A DNA stretch of 64,000 nt from Octopus vulgaris (Eukaryota): the NCBI GenBank assembly GCA_951406725.2, contig OX597829.1:31806001-31870000 (forward strand), written 5' to 3'. The notes beneath the pieces are model-generated. The model was not told where the DNA came from. It made no database searches and was given only the letters and a program-made list of their open reading frames with translations. How positions within the stretch are numbered: position 1 is the stretch's first letter; every line of letters begins with the position of its first letter. Position numbers and translations under genes: made by a program. Positions 26,340 through 40,651 of the stretch are shown here, in pieces.

Positions 26340-27451
26340 ACAGAGGTTAACCAGAAAATCACACACTACTTAACATCAGTATGTTTTTCAAAACTCCAAG
26401 TGTCAAACAGTAGCAACAGTAGTAGTAGTAGTAGTAGCAGCAGCAGTAGTAGTATTACTAGTTACATTATCATTTAGTTAATATGATTATGACATACTGA
26501 GTAGGGGAGTGTTAGTAAAATATAGGAAAAATAATATTATTACACGTTTAAAAACAAAAATATCAAAATCAATATTCAAAATGGTAATTAAGAGCAATTA
26601 TATTAGGGGTAAAAAAAAATGTTAAAAGAACATTAAGAGAAAAAGGATGAATTGCATTTGAAGATTTCAATGTCTCTTTCTTTTATTAGCATTAAATTGC
26701 TACCAAATCTGAACTTGGTTTAACTTTGGTTAAAAACATTGTTATTAAAGCATGTGATGTAATGGGTTTTTTGTTTTTTTGTTTTTTCCAGGGGGTCAGG
26801 GGTGTGTTGTCTCCAAGTTACATTTTATTAAAATTTTTGTTTGTTTGTTTTTTAAGCTTTTGTTAAATTTTTTTTACGTTTTTTTTTTAAATCCTTTTTT
26901 AACAATCCTGGTGCAATAACAATTTTGGGGGGAGGGGCATTCAATGGACTGAAAAGGTTAACTGAATAAATTTGTAGTACACATTCACGCATTATACATA
27001 GACATCCATTTCTTTTACAATCATCATTTAATTTGTTAATTTCTTTTTAAAATACAATCATCACAAATCCTATCCATGTTAAAAACATGTACACATCCCC
27101 CACCCAAAGACAACCCTTGCTCTACGCCCCAGATTCATCCAAGTGAAACAGTTCATATTCATTTATTCCCCACGGTAAAACAATTTCTAACCAGGAAAAA
27201 AACCCAAAAAAACTAGCATCCATTTACAGACACAAACACGCACGCAACCACACAATTCTCACCAGATGAACCAGCAGGTTGCAGAGAGAGGCTGGGAAGG
27301 GAAGGGAAATTACATGCACACACACACACACATATACATGTATGTATGTATGTATATGCATGTAAATATTATTTATATATGGGAGAGAGTGAGAGAGAGA
27401 GATAGAGAGAGAGAGAGAGAAATGGCTCTCTATAAACAAGTAGCAAAACCA
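26340..27451 (-). other. UBE2K: Probable proximal 3' UTR of UBE2K (3' end not determinable)
   Basis: Directly follows the stop codon; free of recognisable transposons, U-rich on minus strand, several AATAAA (tttatt on +, e.g. ~27162, ~26824, ~26682). Confidence 0.6.
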
Positions 27452-27523
27452 TTAGTTTAGTAAAAAGTCTGTTGCTTGGGGTGTGTCCCAGTCATGTGAG
27501 GATAAGGCTACTCGGGCTTGGTC
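27452..27523 (-). CDS. UBE2K: UBE2K terminal coding exon, second half of UBA domain plus stop (72 nt)
   Basis: ttgttccag|GAC CAA...AAC TAA; DQARVALSSHDWDTPQATDFLLN*. Not in the ORF track; read by hand. The five exons total 537 nt in frame. Confidence 0.93.
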   Translation of the reverse strand, partial: DQARVALSSHDWDTPQATDFLLN

Positions 27524-27711
27524 CTGGAACAAAAAAATTTTTAAAAATACAATTAGCGTCTTGGAGTTTAAGTCACATTTATTATTTATTATACATGTAA
27601 CAAAGAAATGGTCATGGCAGACAAAAATATCAAAAACATCCTAGCTCTGCATCAATGCTATCCCTAACCCTTTTCAAACTATTCAAATGATACTGTGCAG
27701 GAAAAGAAATA

Positions 27712-28030
27712 CTGTGCGGCTATGTGGTAACAAGTTTGCTTTCCAATCATGTTCCAGGTTCAGTCTTACTATGTGGCACTTTAAGCAAGCATCTTCTATC
27801 AAAGCTCTGGGCCAATCAAAGCCTTGAGTGGATTTGGTAGGCGGAAACAGAAAGAAGTCTGTATGTATGTGCACGTGTTACTGTCTCCTTGCCATGACAT
27901 GCGATAGTTGTAAAGAAGTGTCATTATCATATAAGCAATGTTGTGTCCCACTACAAAAGATCCACTGCAACAAATTTCATACACCACTTCCAAGCATGGA
28001 AAAGTGAATGTTAAAATGATAATGACGATG
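27712..28030 (+). mobile_element. SINE family B (family A head plus RTE-like GAT tail)
   Basis: Head as in family A; 3' part ends caagcatggaaaagtgaatgttaaaatgataatgacgatg. Confidence 0.7.
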
Positions 28031-28074
28031 TTCAGTTCACTCTGCAAGGTGGTTGATTTTAATTGAACCAGCCA

Positions 28075-28500
28075 GGATCCCTGGTCTGGTGGTACGTAAA
28101 AAGCACTACCCGACTCGTGGCCGATGCCAGAGCCGCCTCGACTGGCTTCCGTGCCGGTGGCTCATAAAATACACCAATCCGACCGTGGCCATTGCCAGCC
28201 TCGCCTGGCACCTGTGCAGGTGGCACGTAAAAAGCACCCACTACACTCACGGAGTGGTTGGCATTAGGAAGGGCATCCGGCTGTAGAAAAACTGCCAGAT
28301 AAGACTGGAGCCTGGTGCAGCCTTCTGGGTTCCCAGACCCCAGTCGAACCATCCAACCCATGCTAGCATGGAGAACGGACGTTAAACGATGATGATGATG
28401 ATCCAGCCATAAAAACCATGCTGGTGTGGTTTTCTGGCAAACCAGCTCCCGTCAAAACATCCAACACATGCCAGCATGGAAAACAGACATTAAATGATGT
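28075..28500 (+). mobile_element. RTE tail copy plus a second shorter tail
   Basis: CpG-rich tail ending ggacgttaaacgatgatgatgatg (28400), then a second tail fragment. Confidence 0.8.
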
Positions 28501-29029
28501 TAGTGGAGGTGATATTGATGCATTGAAAACACTAATGAAAAGAAACAGGGGCCACTGAAACACAACATTTATTTTGAAAGTATGCTGTACAATATGAAAA
28601 TTATGCTAAAATATACAAGTTAACATTTAACTCTAGGCCACCATGAGAGCCTGGTGAAGCTGATACATATTAACACAATTGATGAAGGGTCAAAAATTAC
28701 AATTATGAGGAGTAGGTTAAGTAACAACTACATCATATGACTTCCTACTGAAGAACTATGCATTAAAATCAAATTTACAAAAACAAGGCATATATATTCA
28801 TATAATATACCATCTTCTTAGAAACTAATATCTTTTATAAGATTTGCTTAGATCAGTTTTATGAAACTATCTTGAAAATAGAAATATTATAAAACTGTGT
28901 CTATTGAACCAATGACAAGTATGGTAGTAAATGACTACACACTTGGATGAATGAAAACCAGACAGACAGGTCAATAGAATTTTCATATGAATACCAGTGC
29001 AGTCAGCTTGTGACATTTACCCTTTTAGG

Positions 29030-29420
29030 ATTATTGTCACCATTTTAATGTCCACTTTTCCACGCCTGTATAGTCAGACTGAATTTGTTGAGGTAGATTT
29101 TCTATGGCTGGATGCCCTACATGTTGCCAACCCTTACTTATTTCCAAACAGTAATATTTCCCCACAACTGGACATATACTGATGGAAGAATGAAAATGAA
29201 AATAACACTGCTTGTACGATGGTGACACTTGTTTACAATTATCAAACAATGTCAAGACCAGGAGGTGCAAACACACACACACACACACACACATATATAC
29301 ACAACAAAATTCCTTCAGTTTCCATCTACTAAATTCATTCACAAGGCTCTGGTCAGAGTGGGGCTATAGTAGAAAACACTTGACCATGTGGTTCAGAAAT
29401 TTCTTAAGCACACAGATATG
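29030..29420 (-). mobile_element. SINE family B
   Basis: Reverse complement of the 33975-34480 architecture. Confidence 0.65.
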
Positions 29421-29549
29421 CCTGTACTTATAAAAACCAGAAAGGAAATAAAGAACCAGTCAAATACTGTGGCTGATAAAATTTTTTCTTTACTTCTTCT
29501 ACAACACTGTCTTCTATGTCAATGAAAAACTAGTAAAATTACATCACAT

Positions 29550-30797
29550 TGTATCTGGCAGTGTAGGTTATGGCCTAGTCACCTGTAGTGTAAATCAGGT
29601 GGTTCACGAAGGACTCATACCCAGTGATTGGTGTAGCAGCACCATAGTCAACTGCTACAAAGGTAAAGGTTTCAGGTATGGATGCAAGGTCTAGAATCGA
29701 TGGGCCTTAGAGTTAACCTAGCAAAAACCAAAGTCTTAGTAAACAGGAAGGCAGACAAATCACAAATCCCTTCAGGTTGATGGCCCTGTCAATCTGTAGA
29801 AAAGGCATAAGATGCACCTGGTGTAAGCTTTGGACACATAAAAGCTGCAATATTATAGGAAGGTTAACAGAGAAAATAGCTTTTCTATGTAGAAGATGCA
29901 TAGGTACATTAAACACCAAAAATGTACAGAAAATAGACTCCAAGCTAGAGGTAATAGATAGCTTGTTATCTAGGTAACCAAGATAGCAGCAGAACTGGAC
30001 GCTCTGAGGGTGTAACTGTGAGAATAAGATTAGGCTGGGCAAAGTTCGGAGAGCTCATACCTCTGCTGGAAACAAAAGGCCTCTCTCTCAGAGTGAAAGG
30101 CAAATTGTATGATGCCTGTGTGCAAACAGCTATGCTACATGGCAGTGAAACATGGGCTGTGACAGCTGAGGACATGCATAGGCTTGAAAGAAATTAAGCC
30201 AGCATGCTTCGCTGGATGTGCAATGTCAGTGTGCATGTTTGACAGTGTAAGCATCTTGACAGAAAAGTTAGGGATAAGAGGTATCAGATGTGGTGTGCAA
30301 GGGAAACGACTGTACTGGTATGGTCATGTGATGCGTATGGACGGGGACAGCTGTGTAAAGAACTGCCGATCTCTAACTGTGAAGGGAACCTGTGGTAGAG
30401 GTAGACCCAGGAAGACATGGGACAAGGTGGGGAAGTATGAACTTCAAAGTTTGGGCCTCACAGAGCCAATGACTAGTAACCAAGATCTTTGGCAATATGC
30501 TGTGCTTGAGAAGACCAGTCAAGTCAAGTGAAATGGAAGTCGTGGCAGCACTTTTCAAATGTTGGGCCTCACAGAAGCAAAGTATCTGAGCTCCTTTTCG
30601 GTGTTGGGTCTCACAGAGGTAATAACCGAGACCTTTGGCATTAAGTCATGCAAATGGCACCCATGCTGGTGGCACATAAAAGCACCCATTACACTCTCAG
30701 AGTGGTTGGCATTAGAAAGAGAATCCAGTCATAGAAACCATGCCAAATCAGACTAATGTCTGGTGCAGCCTTCCAGCTTACCAGCCTCAATCAAGCC
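29550..30797 (+). mobile_element. RTE LINE 3' fragment, internally deleted and decayed
   Basis: Aligns with 55335-55450, then jumps to the equivalent of ~55987; includes PHD region, RIRLGWAKF, LYDACV..MLHGSETW, RLYWYGHVMRM, GRGRPRKTW and the 3' tail. Confidence 0.9.
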
Positions 30798-30877
30798 CTT
30801 GTTCTATATCAGCAAATGACTGAAAGTGCAAGCGATGGAAGCAAAAAATTGGAATTGAATAAAATAATAATTCTAAC

Positions 30878-30942
30878 CTCTTCAAATCCCATGTTTGTTA
30901 ATTGAAATACTTTATCTTCTAAGTCACATACACGATTAGGTC
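30878..30942 (-). CDS. UBE2K: UBE2K exon, linker and first half of UBA domain (65 nt, phase 1/0)
   Basis: tttcag|GA CCT...GAA GAG|gttaga; (G)PNRVCDLEDKVFQLTNMGFEE contains the UBA MGF motif. Confidence 0.92.
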
Positions 30943-31268
30943 CTGAAACAAAAAGAAATGGTGAAATAAAAAATTTGATAGATTTTAAGCAAATTAACAA
31001 CTGGTCAATAAAAACAGTAATTGCTTTGGTTAGTGCACATGAATTAAGAATATTATGAATATATTTTATAGATAACAACTGCTGCCATCAATAAAGTCAG
31101 CTGAAGGGAAGTAGTTGCTTTATTTATCATATGAGAGAGAGAGAAAGAATAAAAAAAGAAAGAAGTATTCACATGCAGACAAAAACTGACCACGAATTAG
31201 AATGTTATTACTATTTGTTATCTGGGATTTAATAACTAGCACTTCTTTCCCATATATGGATTAAAATT

Positions 31269-31463
31269 TAACCCATTAGCATTCAGATTATTCTCTCAAA
31301 TGCAGCTGTTATCTTGTAGCTTCAAAATTTCAATAATGCGATTGTTTATTTTTTACAATGACATTGTAGGGTAGGTGTGAGAAGCCAGATCTGGCCTATT
31401 TGAACATAAAACAGGTAGAATATTTTGGCCTGACATGACCAGATTAAATGCTAAAGGGTCTAA
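31269..31463. mobile_element. piggyBac-like MITE (family 1)
   Basis: TTAA-CCCATTAGCATT ... AATGCTAAAGGG; related copy at 34937-35657. Confidence 0.6.
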
Positions 31464-33974
31464 AGACACACTGGCAAGTATTTTGTCAAGTAATATGAAG
31501 ATAATATTACCCTACAGGAAATTTTTATTACATTTAAATAACAATGAAGTTCTAATGAATCCAGAAAATATCTTAAATGTGTCTCTTTATCTCTCATTAC
31601 TTTTCTGGACAACTTGACATGCACTACACTAAACACTATACTCAATATTTCCAACACCAGAATATCCTTCAACTGGAATCTCCTCTCTGCTCTTGTTTCT
31701 TGTGAAGCTTACGTAAGTTTAAATAGAACATTAATCACATTATCAGGGGTCCAGCAAAGATTATGGGCACAACCCATTCCATCAGATCCCACAATGGGTA
31801 TAAAAAAAAGAAAAGAAAAAATCCGCACCGAATAGCACGTCAAGATCATGAGGTAATTCTCTGCAAAACTACCATACCATGGCAACATCTTAGAACAAAC
31901 TTTCTGTTCTTCAAAGAATAAGCAGATGTGTGTTTGATTAAGAACTTTGCTTCATAACTACATAGTTTCTGATCCAATCCTACAGAGCAACACATTGGGC
32001 AAATGTCTTCTTAAGATCCAGGTCAACTAAATCCTTGAATGAACTTTACTAAGACAGAAACAGTGCACAACCCCTTTAAAGAAAATGTTACAATTGTTGA
32101 TTGGTGAACTTAAACCCAACATCAACAGCATTTGGTCCCTTGAATGCCTAAGCAAAATCTATTTGCTAGGGTTCCAAGCTTTCTCCATGCCATCCCCCAG
32201 CCTTGCAATCCCTGAAAAAGGTCATGGCTGCTGTGAAAAGATTTCAAATGAACCAGGAGTAAAAGTAGTGAAGACTTAAATGGAAATGCTAAACAACATG
32301 AAAGAGATGAAAAAGGACCCATGGCAGTGAAAAAAAAAGTAAAATTATGAAGGTTTTCCATTCAGGAAGTTCACATTTTGTCAGAGTTTTCCTCCATACA
32401 TGTACCATATAGAGCAGGCAAACAGTTGGAAAGAACAATTAACATAGAACTGAATAAAAAAGACTTTTTTTTATTTACTTGATCCAGTTTAGATAATTAA
32501 ACATTGCTAATGAATACATTAGATGTAACACAATATATGTGAAAATAAGACTTTACATAAATCTCAGAACATTTGAAAAGTAATTTGAAGATAAAAATAG
32601 TTTTACAAAATTCTCAGTTTTAAAAATTGCTTTACATAATTTTCAGTTTCTTTAAAAAATAAAAATATTACCAGAAACTACAATCACTTTAGCCATTAAA
32701 TGGTGGTTGACCTGCTAGAAATAGGAACTTAAACTACACCCTACCATCTTAAATAAAGGAAGACATTGTAAACTTTAGTCAAAGCTGGAATGCTTTTGAT
32801 TATAAGCCTGCTTAATCAGGACTTGAAAATAAAAGTAAAGCATATAATAACTCATAAAAGATTAGGGTTATTAATCAACTTAACCTGTTTGATATCAACC
32901 CACCAAAGAGCACCTCTGATTCTATGATACAAAACCTCTTAATTTTACTTACATAACAAAACCTCTTAATTTTACTTACATAAAAACCTTTTCTCATAAT
33001 TTTATGTAAGAACTTTTTGCTAGATTATGTATTAAATACTCTATTATTACTGGAAAATTGTAATACAATCACTAAAAGGACAATACTTGTTAAAAGCTGA
33101 TACGACATTCAATATTTTCTAAGGAATCACAAAAATCATTTCCTTCTTGACCCTCATCACTTAAATATGCAAACAACATATTTGACATAACTCAAAAAGA
33201 TTTTGAAAATACTATTGCATGTCATCTGCATGAAGATAACATTGAGAGATTTTCACAACTATATGCATCCTCAACTAATATTTTCTAACATGCCTTTTCT
33301 AACAGCCAAACAAATATCTGACGAGTTTGGTATTTTACAATAATTGAAAATTATCTTAATTTTCCAGATGAAATAACTGAAATCACTTCCCCATAGTTAG
33401 CGGATACTAACTTCAGTTACTACTAGAAGCATGATGAACCCAACGTAAGCCTCAGATTCAAACAGCTCCGTCTGAAAGTGCCTGGAATGGCTCCACATCC
33501 AGGCTTACTGTAAAATTTTGGGCAGATATCTAGCATAGACAGTTCCAGGCCTGTGTTCAGAAAGAAGGTGGGCTGGAGTGTGAGACTAGTAACCTTATCT
33601 TCTGTAATCAAATTGCAATAGAAAGAAGGAGTAAATTAAGCTATTAACTCTTGATACCAACTTGCTTGAGAACCCCTTTGTTCTACGATACAAATTTTTT
33701 CGTTTTAAACCCTCTATAAGAATTTCATGTTACTGTTCGAAGGGTAATGGCAGCAGCCCTGCTCAAAAGAAAATTGTGAATAACAAAAGACATTATGTTA
33801 CTCTTCAGCAATATATTAATGACACTGTATTTCTCTTCTGTGGACAAAGTAGCATAGACAACGTCTGGTAATTGCCATAACAATGAGTATCAAGGATAGT
33901 TGCACAACTTAACTCAAGTAACTATGTACGAGCATGCAGATACTAGTGATTCTATAACCAAAATTTCCATCTAT

Positions 33975-34480
33975 AACTGTGTGGTTAAGAAGTTTACTTC
34001 CTAACCACAAAGTTTCTGGTTCAGTTCTACTGTGTGGAACCTTGTCTTCTACCACATTTCTGAAGCAACCAAAGCCACATGAGTGAATTTGGTAAACAGA
34101 AACTGAAGAAACCCATCATACACACACACATATATATATATATGGATTTCTTTGTTTCTATCTATGAATATATATATAAACACACACTCACACACATACA
34201 TAAAGGGAGATTTTACATATGTGGGTATGTTTATATTTCTTTGATTTGACTTTATATAATGAGTGTAAACAACAAGTGTTACTATCATTCAAGTGATGTG
34301 ATGTCCTTCATTTCAAATTTTCTGTGTAAACATGTCCAGCCATGGGAAAATATTATCACGCTTAGTAACAGGGAAGAGTTAGTGACAGGAAAAGCATCCA
34401 GCTTCAGAAAACCTGTCTCAACAAATTCCACAAGACCCATGCAAGGATGGAAAAGTGGCTGTAAAGAAATTATGATGATG
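33975..34480 (+). mobile_element. SINE family B
   Basis: Degenerate family A head, microsatellite, then gcatccagc..gaaaa..gacccatgcaaggatggaaaagtgg..atgatgatg. Confidence 0.7.
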
Positions 34481-34629
34481 GTAATTTGTAAACATCTTCA
34501 GTCATGGTTAACTTTGTCCTTCTTTACCAAAAACAAGATGACATCACCTTAAATTCTTGGCAAATATACTACTAAATATATTTCTGCAACATAGTTTCAT
34601 TTAATCAGATTAAAAATTCCATACACTAC

Positions 34630-34793
34630 CGCTTGCATATACATTCGTCCAATGAGTGGCTGTTTTTTGGAACACATCTTGCCTCTCTCTATACTGCCTT
34701 GCAACTACAGCATCTTGGGGATCATCAGGTTCAGCAGCTGCTAGTAAGGCTTGAAGTGATAATAGAACTGTTCGAAGGGTCATGGCAGCAGCC
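34630..34793 (-). CDS. UBE2K: UBE2K exon, C-terminal part of UBC domain (164 nt, phase 2/1)
   Basis: gagcag|G GCT GCT GCC ATG...AGC G|gtagtg; AAAMTLRTVLLSLQALLAAAEPDDPQDAVVARQYRERQDVFQKTATHWTNVYAS; phases match both neighbouring exons. Confidence 0.96.
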
Positions 34794-34936
34794 CTGCTCA
34801 AAATAAAACAAAACATTGCTTTCAATTTCAAAACATTAAGAGAGAAATCCAGAATAAAGCTGAAAGTCAAATACATATTAATCCAATCCAATCCAAAATT
34901 AACATACATATATATAAATAAAAATGCAAAGCAAAT

Positions 34937-35657
34937 TTAACCTTTCAGCATTTAAACTGGTCATATCCAGCCCAAATATTCTATCAGTTTTATACTCAAA
35001 ACTAGTCAGAACCAGCATCTCACACTAAGCCTACAATGTCAGTCTAAAAATAAAAATAATCGCATTATCGAAGTCTTGAAGCTATGAGATAATTCACGAT
35101 TACCGTAAATCCTCAAGTATAGTCCGCCCATTAGTATAATATGCAGGGGATTTTTAGGGGGCTGTACCTCTGAAAAACCTAAACTTCTTGTATAAGTCAA
35201 GGAGGTCTATATACCGTCCTTGGTTTGTAAAAATGTATATGGTAACGTCCTTTATTATTTTTGTATGTATAACATAATGCAAACATGTAGCTTTTTTGTG
35301 CAGTTTGTTTGCAGAAAATAAAGAAATAACAGTAATAACGTTAAATAAATTTTGCTTATTGCAAGTTATGGATGATTCTTTTATGGCTTGATTGCTTTCA
35401 GGCTTAGCTTAAGATATTTTCGTGCCCGACATCACAAAATGTGTCTGAATAAACATTGCCGGACAGCAAATAGAGACTCAGACATTGCAAAGGAAATATT
35501 TTTCATTTTTAACCATAGTACGCACTAGGGATTTTGACCTTTAAATTTGGGGGGGGGGGGGGTGCGGATTATACTTGAGGATTTATGGTAATTCAAAACA
35601 ATGTGAATAAATAAGGCATTACATTTGACAGAGTAATTTGAATGCTAAAAGATTTAA
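34937..35657. mobile_element. piggyBac-like MITE interrupted by a Tc2-like MITE
   Basis: ttaacctttcagcatt (34937) ... aatgctaaaagatttaa (35657); halves match 31269-31463. Confidence 0.6.
35101..35590. mobile_element. Tc1/mariner superfamily (Tc2/pogo-like) MITE
   Basis: TA|CCGTAAATCCTCAAGTATAGTCCGC ... GCGGATTATACTTGAGGATTTATGG|TA. Confidence 0.88.
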
Positions 35658-36569
35658 TCCTTTTGATACCACAACAGGCCCAAGACCTAAGATTGTCTTT
35701 GGTTTTATGATACAAACTTTCTGATCTAAAATAAAACCTTCCAACAAAATTTCATGTTATTTAGGTTCCAAACACCAGGTGAATAATGACAGTTCTTAGA
35801 GAAGGCTTTTGATAACATGTCACACACTGTAAGTTGGAGATTACTAAGGAAACCAGAAAAACTAGGGATAGCAAAACAGGTGACCAAGGAAGACTTGGAA
35901 TGAAGTAATGAAAGCTGAATCTGAAGATTCTGCATCTTACAGAGATGAAAGACTGTACTGATTGGTGATATGAGGTGCTACAGAGGATCTGTCCATCTGT
36001 GGCAAAATGTATCTTGACACAAGGGTAGTATTTAGAAGCTGCAATTATATATTTTTACTCGTTTCAATCACACAATAGCAAGTATGCTGGCGTACCAATT
36101 TGAATGGATTTTAGTCAAACAGACTGACCCCCAGCACTTACTCTGTTGGTCTCTTTTGCTGAACAGCTAAGTTATGGGGACCATAAACAAACACACACAC
36201 AGATGACCTGTTTATAGTGATCAAATGTTTGTGCCATATATTAGCTAGTTCCTCCCATCAAACTGACATTGCCAGGGTTCCACACATCAGGTATCAAAAT
36301 GATCACAGAGCAATGTGAAGTGAAGTGTTTTGCTCAAGAGTACAACACACACAGAGACTAGTTTGGAAGTTGAAACCATGATCTTGCAATTGTGAGTCTA
36401 ACAACCTCACCACTAGGCCAAAGTTTCACCCTGTTTCCATCTACAAAATTCACTTGTAAGGCATTGGGGCTTTAGGAAACATTTATTCAAGGTACCTGCA
36501 GTGGGACTGAAACAGGAACCATGTGGTTGTCAAGTAAGCATTTTGACCAGATGGCCATGTTTGCACATA

Positions 36570-38915
<2,346 letters not shown>

Positions 38916-39077
38916 ATCATCATCATCATCGTTTAACGTCCGCTTTCCATGCTAGCATGGGTTGGACGGTTCAACTGGGGTCTGGCAAGCCCGAAGGCTG
39001 CACCAGGCCAGTCAGATCTGGCAGTGTTTCTACAGCTGGATGCCCTTCCTAACGCCAACCACTCCGAGAGTGTAGTG
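38916..39077 (-). mobile_element. RTE tail copy embedded in microsatellite
   Basis: catcatcatcatcgtttaacgtccgctttccatgctagcatggg...actccgagagtgtagtg. Confidence 0.85.
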
Positions 39078-39204
39078 CACACTATATATATATATACACA
39101 CACACACTATATATATATATATACACACACACACTATATATATATATATATATACACACTATATATACACACACACACACACTATATATACAACACACAC
39201 ACAC

Positions 39205-39235
<31 letters not shown>

Positions 39236-40051
39236 TATATATGCTTCTTGCTGAGCCTATCTTGCTGCCCTTCACCTTGTATCTTAAACCATGGTCTTAT
39301 AATACCTATTGTTCACTCACCCACACAAAACATATACATCACCCACAGACTTCTATCTCACATCTGTCCACCACCTCTACAGACAGTATCATTCACCTCA
39401 CTTCATCCCATTCCCTACCCATTACTACCAGCCAGCATGCTCAGCCTTCTGAGTCACCTCTGTAGCCATCTGGCCTCATCACCAACACTCACTTTTGTTC
39501 ACTTCTACTATTGTTAATCATTCCTATGGCAACTTCATCCCCAAATACCCCTTTGCATCATAGGTTTTCTCCTCTCCACACTCTCACCCATTCTAATCTC
39601 TCCCTCTCCTTTTCCCTTTCAAAGTTACCTGAGCAAATGGATGTTGATTACTCTCTATGCTTAACTACCTATTTCTGACCTCTACATCACTGCTTCCTCT
39701 CCTATTCCTCTCTTCAACCTACATTCCCTAGGTTACTGAGTACTCTAGTGTTAGTACTACTAGAAATTGCACCCACTCAATACACTCTGTTGAGTGGCTG
39801 GTGATAGGAAGAGTATCCAGTCATAGAAACCAAGCCAGATAACATGTCCAAGCACCAGTCATTAGAAGCAGTAGCTCTTAAGAAATGACTAGGGCAATAG
39901 TGACCCATGCAAGCATAGAAAATAGATATAAAATGATTATGACAATGATGGAGGTGTCAGTAAAAATAGAAAAATCAAATCTTTCAATTTGTACATGCAA
40001 TGCTAATAATATGACTGCTATGATCATTAATAAAAATTATTAGAAATAGCT

Positions 40052-40085
40052 TCATCATCATCATCGTTTAACGTCCGTTTTCCGC
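40052..40085 (-). mobile_element. Very short RTE tail insertion
   Basis: tcatcatcatcatcgtttaacgtccgttttccgcg, continuing ctagcacgggttggacgg; CpGs intact. Confidence 0.7.
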
Positions 40086-40444
40086 GCTAGCACGGGTTGG
40101 ACGGGAGTGTGAAGTTTAAATCTAAAAATGTATCTACCTTTAACAAATATATATATATATATTTAAAAAAAAAACAAAAAATAATTCAATTCCTAAAGGA
40201 CAATGATTTAATTAAAATGAATAAATAAATAACTCAATACCGTTAAAGATATTCTATACCAAATGTCAAAATTTATGACTCACAGAAAAGATTTTGGCCT
40301 TTCAACAACCCATTCACAAGTTATAAATATTAAATTTACGAATTTTTAATCCTATTTCATTCAAGTCAAATATTCTTCATTACAAAACCAATTATCTCCC
40401 CTGCAAGAGAAAATATTCCAGTCATTGAGCTTTAGACAATATTA

Positions 40445-40651
<207 letters not shown>

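Noticed and set aside
32935-32985. Tandem duplication acaaaacctcttaattttacttacataa
   Set aside because: Simple two-copy slippage within a decayed MITE.
34620-34630. Alternative donor GTATGG 5 nt downstream of the chosen GTAGTG
   Set aside because: It would break frame with the 30942 exon; only the 34630 donor keeps the UBA in frame.
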